Shown here in pieces: positions 37,901 to 49,680 of a stretch of 64,000 nucleotides of DNA. The position numbers and the translations under genes are program-made. The notes under the pieces were generated by a model, which ran no database searches, was not told where the DNA came from, and worked only from the letters and a program-made list of their open reading frames with translations. How positions within the stretch are numbered: the first letter of the stretch is position 1; each line of letters begins with the position of its first letter. The DNA comes from Lytechinus pictus (Eukaryota), in contig NC_087245.1 of assembly GCF_037042905.1 (NCBI RefSeq), positions 16,122,001 through 16,186,000 of the forward strand, written 5' to 3'.

Positions 37901-40900
37901 ATGATCCGGGCTGGAAATATTTCTATCTAATTGAAAAGAGTTAAATTAGCAGAGCAAAATGCTGAAAATTTGATCAAAATCAGATGACAAACAAAGTTAT
38001 TGAATTTTAAAGTTAGCAATATTTTGTGAAAACAGTTATATGCACATCGTCATGAATATTCATTAGGTGGGCTGATGATGTCACATCCCTACTTTCCTTT
38101 TTCCTATGTTATTACATGAAATCATAATTGATTCATTATTTGATACATGTGTGAATGATATGTCTCCTGTATAATAAAATACGTTGCAGCAGTGCTTATC
38201 TAATGCTCTCAATCAGTTGTCAATCTAATTTCTTTAGTTATTGGAGGAAAAAATTGAATAAACCTAATTTCATATAATAAAATGCAAAAGAACAAGTGGG
38301 GATGTGATATCATCAGTTTACTCATTGAATATTCATGAAGACATGCCTAGAACCTTTTCACTGGAATAATGCAAAACTTTAAAATGTCATAACTGTGTTA
38401 TTCTTTGTCCGATTTTGATCAAATTTCAGTGTTTGTTTGTCTGATTTTTCTTTATCTCTTCAAATCATATTATTTTCAGCCTGGAGTACCCATTCAAGAC
38501 GAGCCTGAAAATTACAGTATCATATGTCATATACGACGTTTGGATATGCGACACCTTTTCATGTCTGAATGCTCTTCTATTGGTGCTTATGTCTGAATCT
38601 GAATGGTTGTTCATTCACTTATCGTATCATAAATTATCTTGTATTAATATACCACATTAGAAAGTGCATTTTAAGTAGAGTTGGAGTATCTATAATCTAA
38701 CTTAATTTGCCAGATAAAGCCGACTTGAAAATATTTGTAATTCAACTATCTCTGATTTTATAATCCTTATTCCCACTACAAATTCACTAAAGGTTCATAA
38801 AAATGAGGTTAAAACTCACCATGATGTTCAGACTGTCTAGTTGGATAGGATGTTTGAGAAGTAGAGTAAGGGACTGACGAACATCCTTGAGATCTTGATC
38901 AGGCAAAGACAACATTGCTTTTAACTGATCTCGAATCTCACCTATGTCTCGCACTGGAGCTGCATGGAGTAGAGAAAGATAATATAAATGGTTACTGGTA
39001 CATATTGTATATTACTGAACATTAAACAATGATAATCTTGAATTATCATTAATAGAAAATATCATATCAGGAATGATTAATGGCAACAATAAAAAAGATC
39101 ACATCACTGTAAAAACTATAATTGTTAAATCAATGATGGTATTGTCAATGAAAATAACAATAACAATAAAATGAAAGGATTATAATATCAATGGGTTTTT
39201 TTATATAATAGGATTCCCTTGCACTCCGTAACTAAAAAAAAACATAATTAACTTTCAAACTCCAAAAACAGACTTTGCACGAAATAGCAGCCTTTATCTT
39301 GCCACACTTAAATTTAAGTCATTTGCAGAAAATATTCGACCCCCCCCCCCTCTGCCCGCTACCATGGCTACAGAAGTTGGCATCTCACACTTACCATTTA
39401 CATTGAAATGAAGATCGCCCCTCGGTGTTAAATCTGTATCTTAATGAAAAGGAGCAAATACAATATCAAATCAAATCAAATCAAATCTGAACAAATGATT
39501 GAATCAATAAAGTAAGAAATTAAATTTTATGACATCATCGAACCATTTTTCATCAATATAAATCCAAACGAATTACGTCCTTTTTACATATGTTTATTTA
39601 AAAGATGAAAAGTAAAAGATGACAATAAAGACAATGATGTAACGATGATGATGGCGATGATGAGGATGAGGTAGAATATATTGATGATGACGATGATGAA
39701 GATGATGAACATAATGATGATGATGATGATGATGACGATGATGACAATGATGACGATGATGGTGATGATGATAATGATGCTTAAAATTAAATACAAACCT
39801 TGTGATTCAGATAAACGTTCAACTAAATGTAAATCTTACCTTTCTTTCATATGTTTCCATCTCCTTTCTTTTCTTTACTGCGCAACGAGCATCTTCTCCA
39901 GCCGGTGCATTTTAAATGTCCGTATAATTTTATTATTGTCATCATTATTATGATTATGATGACGGTGATGACGAAGATGGTTGTGATGGTGGTGATGGTA
40001 GTGCCGTGCCGTGGTGGTATAGGTGGTGGTGGTGATGATGATGATGATGATAATGATGATGACGACGACGACGACGATGATAGATGATAACGATGTTGAT
40101 GATGGTGGTGGTGGTGATGTTGATGGTGATAATGATGATGATAAAGGTAACTATAGATATAGTAATGGTGATGGTGGTGATTTTTTTTTTTACCAATTGA
40201 TTCATTATACAACGCGCCAGAAATGTTGTCGATTTTGTCCTCTTGAAGTACTAGTATTCTTTTTTTTGGGAAGGGGGTTTATGAAGAAACATATTTCATA
40301 AAAATATACTTACGATCATATTTAGGCTTATGACCACGTTCATCATCTTTAATGGTCATGAAACCACCTTCACTGTCCGGTAGTTGCATGAGCTGAATCG
40401 ACCTGTCAGCTTTCACAAGAATCTCGAGCATACGGAAAGCTAGTGGGGTGTTGGATGGGATTTCTATGGAACGCTTTCTGTCGTTTGACAGCGAAGTCTC
40501 AAGGCTAACCTGAAATACGAATATAATGAGATTTATCTTCATTTATGACCGATACGATAACGTATCGAGGGGGTATGTAAACATACTTGCAGTCGAAAGC
40601 AACATGTTTAGATCACCCTTTAGCATGTTTATGGTACAGTGACGTCACAACCAGAATGATCAGCATTATTGGTGGAGGAGCCGTGGTGTAGTGGTTCTGA
40701 CTCTCGCCTTGTAAACCGAGGGTCGTGTGTTCGAATCCCACCACGGTCTGGCGTCCTTTGGCAAGGTGTTGATCCACACTTTGCCACTCCCGACCCAGGT
40801 GCTAAATGGGCACCCGGTAGGATGTGAAAGTCATTGTAGCTTGTCCGGTACTGTGTGTGCCTCACCGGCGACTGGCTGAGATACTCCCCATGGAGTGGAG

Positions 40901-43900
40901 GATGTGCAAACATTGTGTGCGGGAATGACTGATTGAACCAGTCGACCGTTGTAATAATATATCTGTAAAGCGCTTAGACACGTCGTTCCTATGTATTAAG
41001 CGCTACACTGTAAAAAATGAAGTGCTAATCTAGCACTTACAGTGCTTGTATAGTGACTGTACTACGAGTGTTGATTTTCTAGTTTAAATTTGAACTAGAA
41101 AATCATCACTAGTAGTGCAGTCCCTATACAAGCACTGTAAGTGCTATATTAGCACTTCGTTTTTTACAGTGTATATAAAAGCAGATTATTATTATTATTA
41201 AGTTCACACTAAGAAACACCTTGTTTTCATGCATGAAGAGGTGGGACTGTAGTTATGTAGGTGATTAAATCTTCCATCTTTAATTCCGATGATTGTTGAT
41301 TCGAGTACCGTTACCGGCGTCCGTGTCCTAAAACATTTATCTAGTTTGATATTCACTGTTATAGATACTTTATGCAGTTAGGCGTATGTGAGTGTTTTTT
41401 TTTAATGTTTATAATTATACATTACAATCAAGAGCAAAACAAAATATTCAATAGTGATGAAAATCACTATTGAATATTGAGACAACGTAGGTTAGAAGAA
41501 TTATCCAAAAGGGAAATGTTTTACCCATGCATTTAGCGAAAGTAAAATTAATCGAAATCAATTCCATAACCTAGACACTTCTAGTAACACCCTTTTGAAT
41601 GTCTCATCAATTTCTGGTGAAGTCTATGTCAAGGGTTACCAAGAATGTATACAATAATAATAATAATATAGGGTATTTATATTGCGCACATCAAGGCGCT
41701 CCTATATTACCCGGCTAAGCTAGGCGTTCATAGCACACACAGCTGTCTAATTTAGTCTGTGGAGTTCAAATTCAAGTGTCGTGGGTATAAAGTTCAGGAA
41801 GTGAAAGTGAAGCATATCGTATATAAAATCATGACCACTTGAAAGCATTCTTGACAAGAAAAAAAATGTGAACGTAATCATGGTATAGATGGAAACATAA
41901 ATCAAGTGTTTCTAATTATTAGCTATGACAATGGTAACAAACTGGTTTCATTAGCGAAACTTAATATTCGTTGTAATTAATGTTGATTATTCTCATTTCT
42001 GATATTTAACGGGGTATTACCCTTTAAGTGAAAGTTGAATCATTGAAATTTGTATCAGATATGAAGCATACGATTTTTTCAAATGCACTTGTGAGCAAAA
42101 TAATATATAAAAGTGTAAAGTAAATTGAATGAAAAGCAGTGAATTTAAGATTCACGGTAGATTTGTCAAAATATCGACCCCCACGGTCAATAACAATATA
42201 TTTGAACCCAAGTTTGCACGTAAACATGTACATAAATAATCACAAATATTATGATCCTGTCAACACTTTTATATTGAATAACTGGCATTTATTTGCTCTG
42301 CTGTATTTGTGTTCTTTTTGTATCAATGAATGTTTGTATCATTCCTATATCATATCGCATACCCTCCACAAACATGACAAAACGCTGAAAGGTACTTTTA
42401 AGCCTATACAGTATAGACTTGAATCTTAACATTTTGATCTTTGGTGGATCTTTGCTTTTAAAGAAATTTTGATTGAATTGTGTCGAGCTTTTGATCAAAG
42501 AATTTATGACTGTGATGGAGTATAAGGTACATTTATCAAATCAACGCTCTGATTGGCTCACCGAATGCGCTGATCCCGTAACATTTCCATCGGCTGATCC
42601 ACTAGTTTGAATATCTGTTGTGATTTTAGACTCTGCTTCTGTGCTTAGTGTCGTCACGACAAGGCAAAGCGTATTGCGTTTCGTCGACATTACTTCTTTG
42701 ATGAAATCATTTCTCAAGTTTACTTTCCTTTAAAGAAAAATAAAGGATGTTTGGTTTATATTTTACATGGAAGGTGTATGTGATTATACAGGTGGGGAAA
42801 ATAACGATCATGAAATCGGACATGGTCAATGCATTTACACAGCTTGAACTCCCCGTGGCATCAAATTCGGTGTGATAGCTGAAAACAGAAAATAAGAGAT
42901 ATTAAAATACCTTTTCGCCCAAAACATGGATGTATATAGTTATGAATCTTGTTTAATCCTAACGTTTTATCTCGTGACTAATTTTCAAAATAATGTATAA
43001 AGAGATCGAATAGTGATACTAAAATTCCATGTGAATATATACTTGCAATCGTCAGATCGTGTATTGATAATCATGTTAACTTAACACCCTATATGTTTAT
43101 AGCCAGTATAATGAACAGAAACAAATTTGTAGTCAATCGACTACCAGTTGTATATTCTGCATGATTATTTGCCATTGATATACATGTAGATCAAGTTATA
43201 TTTGAAGCCATAATTTTATACTCCATTTGTGTTCCAAGAATGCGGACAATGGCAATTATCATATTAATTGCAAGCCTTACATGTTTCACTGATTTGAGGA
43301 CTTATAAATTTTACTTGAACTTCATTTTAATATTCTTGCAACACTGCATCTTCACACGTACATCCACCCCTGAGCACGCAGACTCACGCACGTATTATTG
43401 TGCATTCATGTATGTATCCTGTATATGAATCAATATTTACCTCCCTTTTACCGAGTTGACTAGTTCTGGTATGTCGAGTGATTTCTCTGCAATTTGGCCA
43501 AAGTCTACTGAAACTTCGATCCGATGATTGCCATCTAATTCGAAACCAGCCACCTCCATCGCTAAAGAAGCTTCCAATTTACCTAAAGATGATTATAATC
43601 ACGATGATAGCACAGTACAAGTAAATACTTGTTTGTAATCTCTTCACATAACATCAATTATTTGTATAGTGATAGAACATTGTTTTGCCACAACAGTATA
43701 TTCATATTAATATATTGCAGACCATATGAGTATGATGGGTTTTTTTAATGAACAAATAAATGAGGAAACGTGTACAATATGCAAAATTTAGACTTCGACG
43801 GAGGTATGCAAACTTTATCGCTAATTAGCGACAATATATTCATTTATAGAAGTGTTATGGATGAATGGACATCAAACCTTTGAAAGAAAATTTCATTTTA

Positions 43901-44500
43901 ATGCACGACTTTTCTCATCGAAAAAAACACTGTTTAAAAGGTACATGCAGTAGTTAGCATAAAGATCAAATATGAGGTCGTTAATCAGCCTTATATCTTT
44001 CCATGGTATACATGTAAAAAGCACTTGCTTATCAATGATTACGTATATGCTTGGAATACTATAGAAAAATTATGAGAATATCTTCGATATGATCGAAATG
44101 CAATTCAATTATCACTATTCAGTTGCGATTGTACTCAATTCATATTACGAAAAGTATAAAAACAGATAATGACCGGTACATAAATGATACCTTTTGCTTC
44201 GATGGTCAGCGTTCTTTCGAAGTTGACAAGGTCTTTCTTGGTTGGGTTGACCTCATCAAACGCATTGTCTGTCAGGTCGCCATCGACGATATCGGAGAGA
44301 GTGAACGGCGTCGGGTACAAACGGACTTTATTCCAGAAATACTTCTTGTTCTTCTTCACGACAAGGTGATATGGATGGCAGTTTCCTGCATCGGACAAAC
44401 TTGGAGATGGTACGAGGTTGGACAGGGCTCTGCTGGACACAGAGTGAACAAAGTTACCCGTTGCCTGATTGAAAATGCTATGTTTGTAAAATAAAGACAT
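34942..44500 (-). CDS. GSDME: Gasdermin E-like paralogue B: full length (about 502 aa), N-terminal pore domain + linker + helical C-terminal domain
   Basis: Exons 44500-44191, 43582-43441, 42727-42562, 40509-40314, 39439-39395, 38959-38820, 37823-37686, 36843-36765, 36022-35952, 35163-34942. All GT/AG and in phase, 1509 nt in total. The N-domain is paralogous to copy A. The C-terminal exons are leucine-rich and helical, ending [12 protein letters not shown]. Linker DHTD at residues 271-274. Confidence 0.9.
36363..36552 (-). pseudogene. RPL31: Ribosomal protein L31 retrocopy fragment (5'-truncated, frameshifted) within an intron of gasdermin B
   Basis: [31 protein letters not shown], then after a frame disruption [24 protein letters not shown], matching the eL31 C-terminal half. 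Uninterrupted by introns. Confidence 0.85.
37513..37669. mobile_element. Palindromic MITE 17 nt from a gasdermin B splice donor
   Basis: ggggcctgttgcataaaactttt ... aaaagttttatgcaacggggccc. Confidence 0.75.
39630..40182. repeat. (GAT)n/(GGT)n microsatellite blocks in gasdermin B intron 4
   Basis: Direct reading; two blocks at 39630-39780 and 39945-40182. Confidence 0.85.
40676..41200 (+). mobile_element. tRNA-derived SINE with (ATT)n tail, interrupted by a MITE
   Basis: A box gtggtgtagtgg, B box gttcgaatcc, core ccactcccgacccaggtgctaaatgggcacccggtagg, tail aagcgcta..tataaaagcagattattattatt. Relatives at 63745-64000 and 8342-8550. Confidence 0.8.
41006..41171. mobile_element. Near-perfect 166 bp hairpin MITE with TA target duplication (Tc1/mariner-like)
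   Basis: ta|CACTGTAAAAAATGAAGTGCTAAT ... ATTAGCACTTCGTTTTTTACAGTG|ta. Confidence 0.85.
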
Positions 44501-46329
44501 GATGAGGTTGTAGCTCAATAAATTATCAGTCCCTTCTGAATGCAAAATTAAAAGTATCAAACTATTGCAGTGGCTGATGTCCTCGTTTAGGCCTTTCTCT
44601 GGTTCTTATGTTACGTGTATTCTGTTGATAGCAGTATCCTGATGGAACGTCAGAATGGTTTTCCAGTGTCAAGTGAAATATTGCCTTTTAAAGATAAATC
44701 TATTTGTACAAAACCTCGGAGAAATCCTAGTTAAAACTTTCAGAAGGCGAAAAAAAAATCCAGTTCGGAAAACAATGTATCGTTATGAAGTGAGAAAAAA
44801 AAATTGTCCATGCACGGATTTCTCCAAACAGTGAAATTGTGTTGTTTTCTGTCAGGGAAAACCTCCCATCTATATGCTTCCGTTTGGTTCAGTGGACTGA
44901 GAGATAACTAACAGCGAAGATGACAATATTATCACAGTAATCAATATTATTAACGCCTGCTCTTCTAGGGACTATTTGCTTTTTCTCTGCACTTTGAGTA
45001 CTACTGTTTTCAAGCTGATTGAGAATACCAGTATACGCTCCATTGAAACATAAACATTCGTTATATTTATACTTCGCTCGAAGTCTCTCACTATATATTT
45101 TTTCTGTAATTATTCAAATACGTGCGAATTAGCTCGCGCGGTGGAGTAACTGGATTAGAGGAACCACGTTGAATACAAATATTTTTACTACTTCCTTTTC
45201 GGAAATTAAACAAAAATGATAAGAGCATAAATGGGCTAAATGAGATTTTTTTCTGATTTCATTGGATTTCCATAAATGTACGCTGATACAAATGTTCATA
45301 ATAATCATAAGGGGGGGGGGATCTCTGATTTCTCATATCTATATTTCAAGGTAGTTTAACATAATATGAAACAAATTGGGTGAAGTTAACTGAAATTAAG
45401 TTTGCATCTACCACCTCATAATAAGGCAATAATAAAGATAATAATAATAATTATTCTATGTTTCATCCCCCCCCCATTTGATCTCATCAAAATCGTAGGG
45501 TTTTCACCACCCCCCCCCCCCCTCATTCTCCCTTGCACCACTGACTGTATCTTTAAAGTGTACTTTCTTCAAGCTGGTGGGGGCTGAATTTGTAGTCTAT
45601 CAATAGCGAAAATGATGGGGATTATTAATCTCATTTCATGTTTGCGGAAGAATCCTCTCAAATGGATATTTAATATTGGGATAGTGACACGGAACTATAA
45701 TTTGTTTATTCAATCAGTAAACATATTCGAAACTGAAAGCTTATCAATGTCCGGATGGCATGATGTGGAAAAAGATGCAATGTCGTCGTGGGGAAATTTG
45801 ATACCAATTCCTGCCTTTTGTTTCTCCATCTGTTGTATGTGTGGTTCGAGTTCGTTTGCCGTTTGATAATGCTTCCCAAATGCCACAGTGGGTCCTACCA
45901 TTTGCCTTGATATTTTTTAAATAGTGGCTGTCTTTGTTCGATTTTTTTTTTGGGGGGAGGTCCTTTAAATTTCCAGACTTCTACCCTGCCCCTTCATGAT
46001 AAAAGTCCCATGGCTACCTTTTCTTATTTGACATTATGCTTATCACAATGTTATAGCCTGCCACCCGCCCCCCGCTTGTGTAATATTATGTCGATGATAT
46101 ATCAATAGGGATGATAATTGGCAATATGGTGCTATTAGAAATTTTCTAACTGAAAAAAAATCTCGATAAGTCATCAATAAATTGAGGGGGGGCAAGTGTT
46201 TAGTTTGAGTATACGAGATGGCTCACTTGTGGAAGGGAGGGGGGTGGTCGACTCGCAGCCCTGGTTCGAAACCCAGTCCGTGCCCCCAACGCCCATCTCA
46301 AAAGGTCGTTACTTGGCACTCTTTCCTAC

Positions 46330-49300
46330 CTAGAAGACTTGTTAACTGCAAAAAAAGGGTACAAATGTACCTCTTGGCATGTTTATTCCTTGAACCCATT
46401 GGATTTTTTTTATCCAAAGAGACACTCTGTATCTATGCAAATTAGCCCTAATTAGCATAAATTATGTAAATTAGCCTCTAAAATGAGTAATTTACTAAAA
46501 CACTTGTAAAAATGTAAAGCTACTTCATAGCAATGTCAAATTTGATGCAAAGCGTTTGTGGAAGTAGCAAAAGAAAACTAATGAAAAGAACATGCAGTAA
46601 CCATTCATTTCTTTACCTTATTTGCACAAATTTTTACACATTTTCAATAAAAAGTGCCCATTTTTCAAATGATTCTGGACAATCTGAATTGGATAAAAGT
46701 ATCAATAAATGTGGTATGTAAATAACAAATGGTAGAAATGTGTCTTAGAGTCTGGGAAAGACATTGAACAAATGAACTTTTTTTAATATGCAAATAATCC
46801 CTAATTATCACAATTTATGCATAAAACTGCAAAATGCTCTGAACATTAGAAAAACCGCTTTAATAGTAAAACATGTCTTACTCGTGACAATCTAATGATG
46901 ATGAAAGGAAAAGAAACTATACATGAGAAAACTATATCTTTGTAATTTTCAATATTTGCGTTAAATTCATTTGTTTGTGATATTCAGTGCATAGTTTGCA
47001 TAAATTATGCAAATTAGTACTATATTAAACTTTTGTGTGAGTTTGAATGATCTAAACTTAATAAATAATGATATATGTGTTAAATAGGGTTATTATAAAG
47101 TATTCGGGCACAGAGAATTCACTACATCTATGCAAATGACCACTTATTACCATAAATACGTATTAATGAGTTTACCTATACTAATTCCATGAGTAGAGTA
47201 AAAAACTTCAATCAACAAAACTGAGGCATTTTAATCAGTACTAACGTTCAATGTATGGAGGAAAAGAAAACATTTACCAACGAGCCGTTTATCAGTCCAT
47301 ATTGTCGTCTAATTTGCATAAATTATGTATAGATTATTCATAAATTATCATACATTATGCAAATTCGAACATAAAATGGCTTATTTTCGCAGTTTATACC
47401 TGATTCCCAATTAAAATTGTGGCACAATTAAAACTAAAGTTCAATATGACATGAAGAGACAAGTAAATACAGATATCATGCTAATTACAATTGGTATAAT
47501 TACATAGTTCCAGACAGTGTTATTTAATTGCTTGTATCAACTAAATTGATTCTCTTCTAACATATACATGGGGTTATATTTACAAAAATTGGTCCCACAG
47601 TTAAAGCAAATTTTAGAGTTTTAGAGTTCATAGTCTGAAACTTTTATATTTTCCCAAACCACTGTAAACGCTGCGATGCCACAATTAGCAAAACAACTTT
47701 TATATTTATGAAACCTCCTCTGTTCTTTTTTTTAACCCTTCCACAGGCATGACAGGGGTCCTTTATTGAAATCACTATAATACATATTTTTTGACAATAT
47801 ATAATTGAATAATTTACACAGTATATGACACACAAGTTGAATATGTACAATACAATATTCCATGAAATTGTCGTAACATTTGTATAAAAAAGCAAAATCA
47901 AGGTGCAAAGGAAAGAAAAAATCCATACAAGATATATATATATATATATATATATGTATTTTAGAATGATATCTGAGAGACTTAATGTAATAAAGGAAAA
48001 GATGACCACCTTTTTATGAATTTCTTCTCTTTCAGATTTGTTTTATATATATACTTTTCCATACCATAATAAGATTTTATTTCAGACAAAATATGGTCGA
48101 AAACTGGAAGACAGTGTTTGCATTTTGCTGCAAAAAATAATTTTCTAACGATTATAAAAATACAATTAAGAGCACCATTGTTGTTTCCGTAAAAACCGAA
48201 TAGTTTATTCTGGTTTGAAATTTTGATATGCAAATTGTTACGAGAAAACCAAATTTCGAGTTGAGACCATATTTCGTTTGTGTGGGCACAAGAACAAAAA
48301 ATACGCATAATAGTTTTTTTTATAATTATAACAAAAAGTACATAAGTTATCTGTAACCAATTAAAATCGTAACAAAACATCTTTCATATAAATAATTATA
48401 TTCACTATTTTGAACTGAAACCTCTGTTCTTGGTAAAATCAGAGAAAGACAGAGGTTATTATTGTAGTTTTAGTATTGAATTGATTTTTGTTCTGGTTTC
48501 TGTGAATGCGTATTTTGAGCCATGTTTAGTCAAATGAATTACTTACATACGATGTTATTTAAGGAACTCTGCACTTCAAACATTTTCTTGTTTATGCTTT
48601 CATAGTTCCTACTTTGTATTATATGTACATTATATTCAGTCAATTTGTTTCTTGTTATGCATGGAGAAAAAAAAAAAAACTTTCTTCAGGAAACACGTTG
48701 ACTGATGTCTCAAACATCTGTCTTTTCTAAGTCGATAATACATCTCAAACTGACTTTGTAAAGTAGCGGGAATGCAGATTTGCCACATCAGGGTCTCCAA
48801 AAGATAGATATTATAATAAAGTTAAAATATGGATTGAGGTGGGGTACATTCGTCATGATTCATGTGTTTATATTTTTGATGTGCCAGAGCTTCATTAAAG
48901 TAAACTGCAAAGTAATGTCTCCTCTAAATTTTCCAAGAGAAACAAATTAGAAACAAATAAAACAAATTGTGTTTTACCGATACCAAAATGCATTTTGCCC
49001 GTATATACCATATAATTATTACGTTGTGGCAGACACACCAACAAAAGCGATACGAGAAGCCGATGGAAGCTATTGTGTTGGGATTGTGTTATCTCGAATG
49101 ACATACCACTGATCGCTTTATAGCGGATTCGTGAGTGTGACTGTGACAAAGAGGTGTGTTTTGCTCTCGTTTTAGCGCAATATCACGTAATACATTTTGA
49201 CATATTTTCCCTCTTTCTAAACTAATTAAGACACTAATAAGGTCATGAAGCATATCAATGTTTTCGCTAATATATTCTTTCATGTAGAATGTTGACATTG

Positions 49301-49680
49301 TGCATTAATTGCTGTTATTCATAAAACATTTCAGAATTCATGAAACAAATACTCTGTTTTAAATTATAATTTGCATAATTCATGTAAATTAGGTAATAGT
49401 AAACAAGGATATCCCATTTTTTTATGACAATTTTCTTCCCTTTCTTACCCTAAGTCTTTGTTTCCAATTTTAGAGCAGTTCTGGTTAAATATATACTCTT
49501 AAATACTTGTTTTCGCTATATCAACATAATATGCAAATTTATGCAAATTACCTGCTTATTTGCATAGAGACAGCGTGTCTCTTCGGATGAATCTTTTTCT
49601 TTTGACTGAAGGAACATTTGTGCCGAGTGGGACATTTGTACTAAGAAATGCAGCGTTCAACCTCTCAACAAGTCTACTAA
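46330..49680. mobile_element. Large old non-autonomous TIR element rich in ATGCAAAT/TTTGCATA motifs, with a nested LINE fragment
   Basis: Left end gtacaaatgtacc..ttggca...aagagacactctgtatctatgcaaat is inverse to right end atttgcatagagacagcgtgtctctt...tgccgagtgggacatttgtac. Confidence 0.55.
47700..48380 (-). mobile_element. 3' fragment of an L1/Tx1-type LINE ORF2 plus 3' UTR
   Basis: RIFCSCAHTNEIWSQL...LFG...LNCIFIIVRKLFFAAK...MEKYIYKTNLKEKKFIKRW resembles the C-terminal region that follows the RT zinc knuckle. Confidence 0.65.

Noticed and set aside
39840..39910. Exon-like purine-rich stretch ([23 protein letters not shown]) with a strong AAG|gtaag donor in the gasdermin B linker intron
   Set aside because: No AG acceptor at the expected position (tttaaa), and it would end in phase 0, which is incompatible with the following phase-1 exons. 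At most a decayed exon.
39584..40301. Poly-His/Met/Asp/Ile ORFs (also 4982-5317)
   Set aside because: Translations of (GAT)n and (GGT)n microsatellites.
40676..40750. Possible tRNA gene (also 63745-63815 and 46240-46280)
   Set aside because: Continues directly into a SINE body and tail; better explained as a tRNA-derived SINE head.
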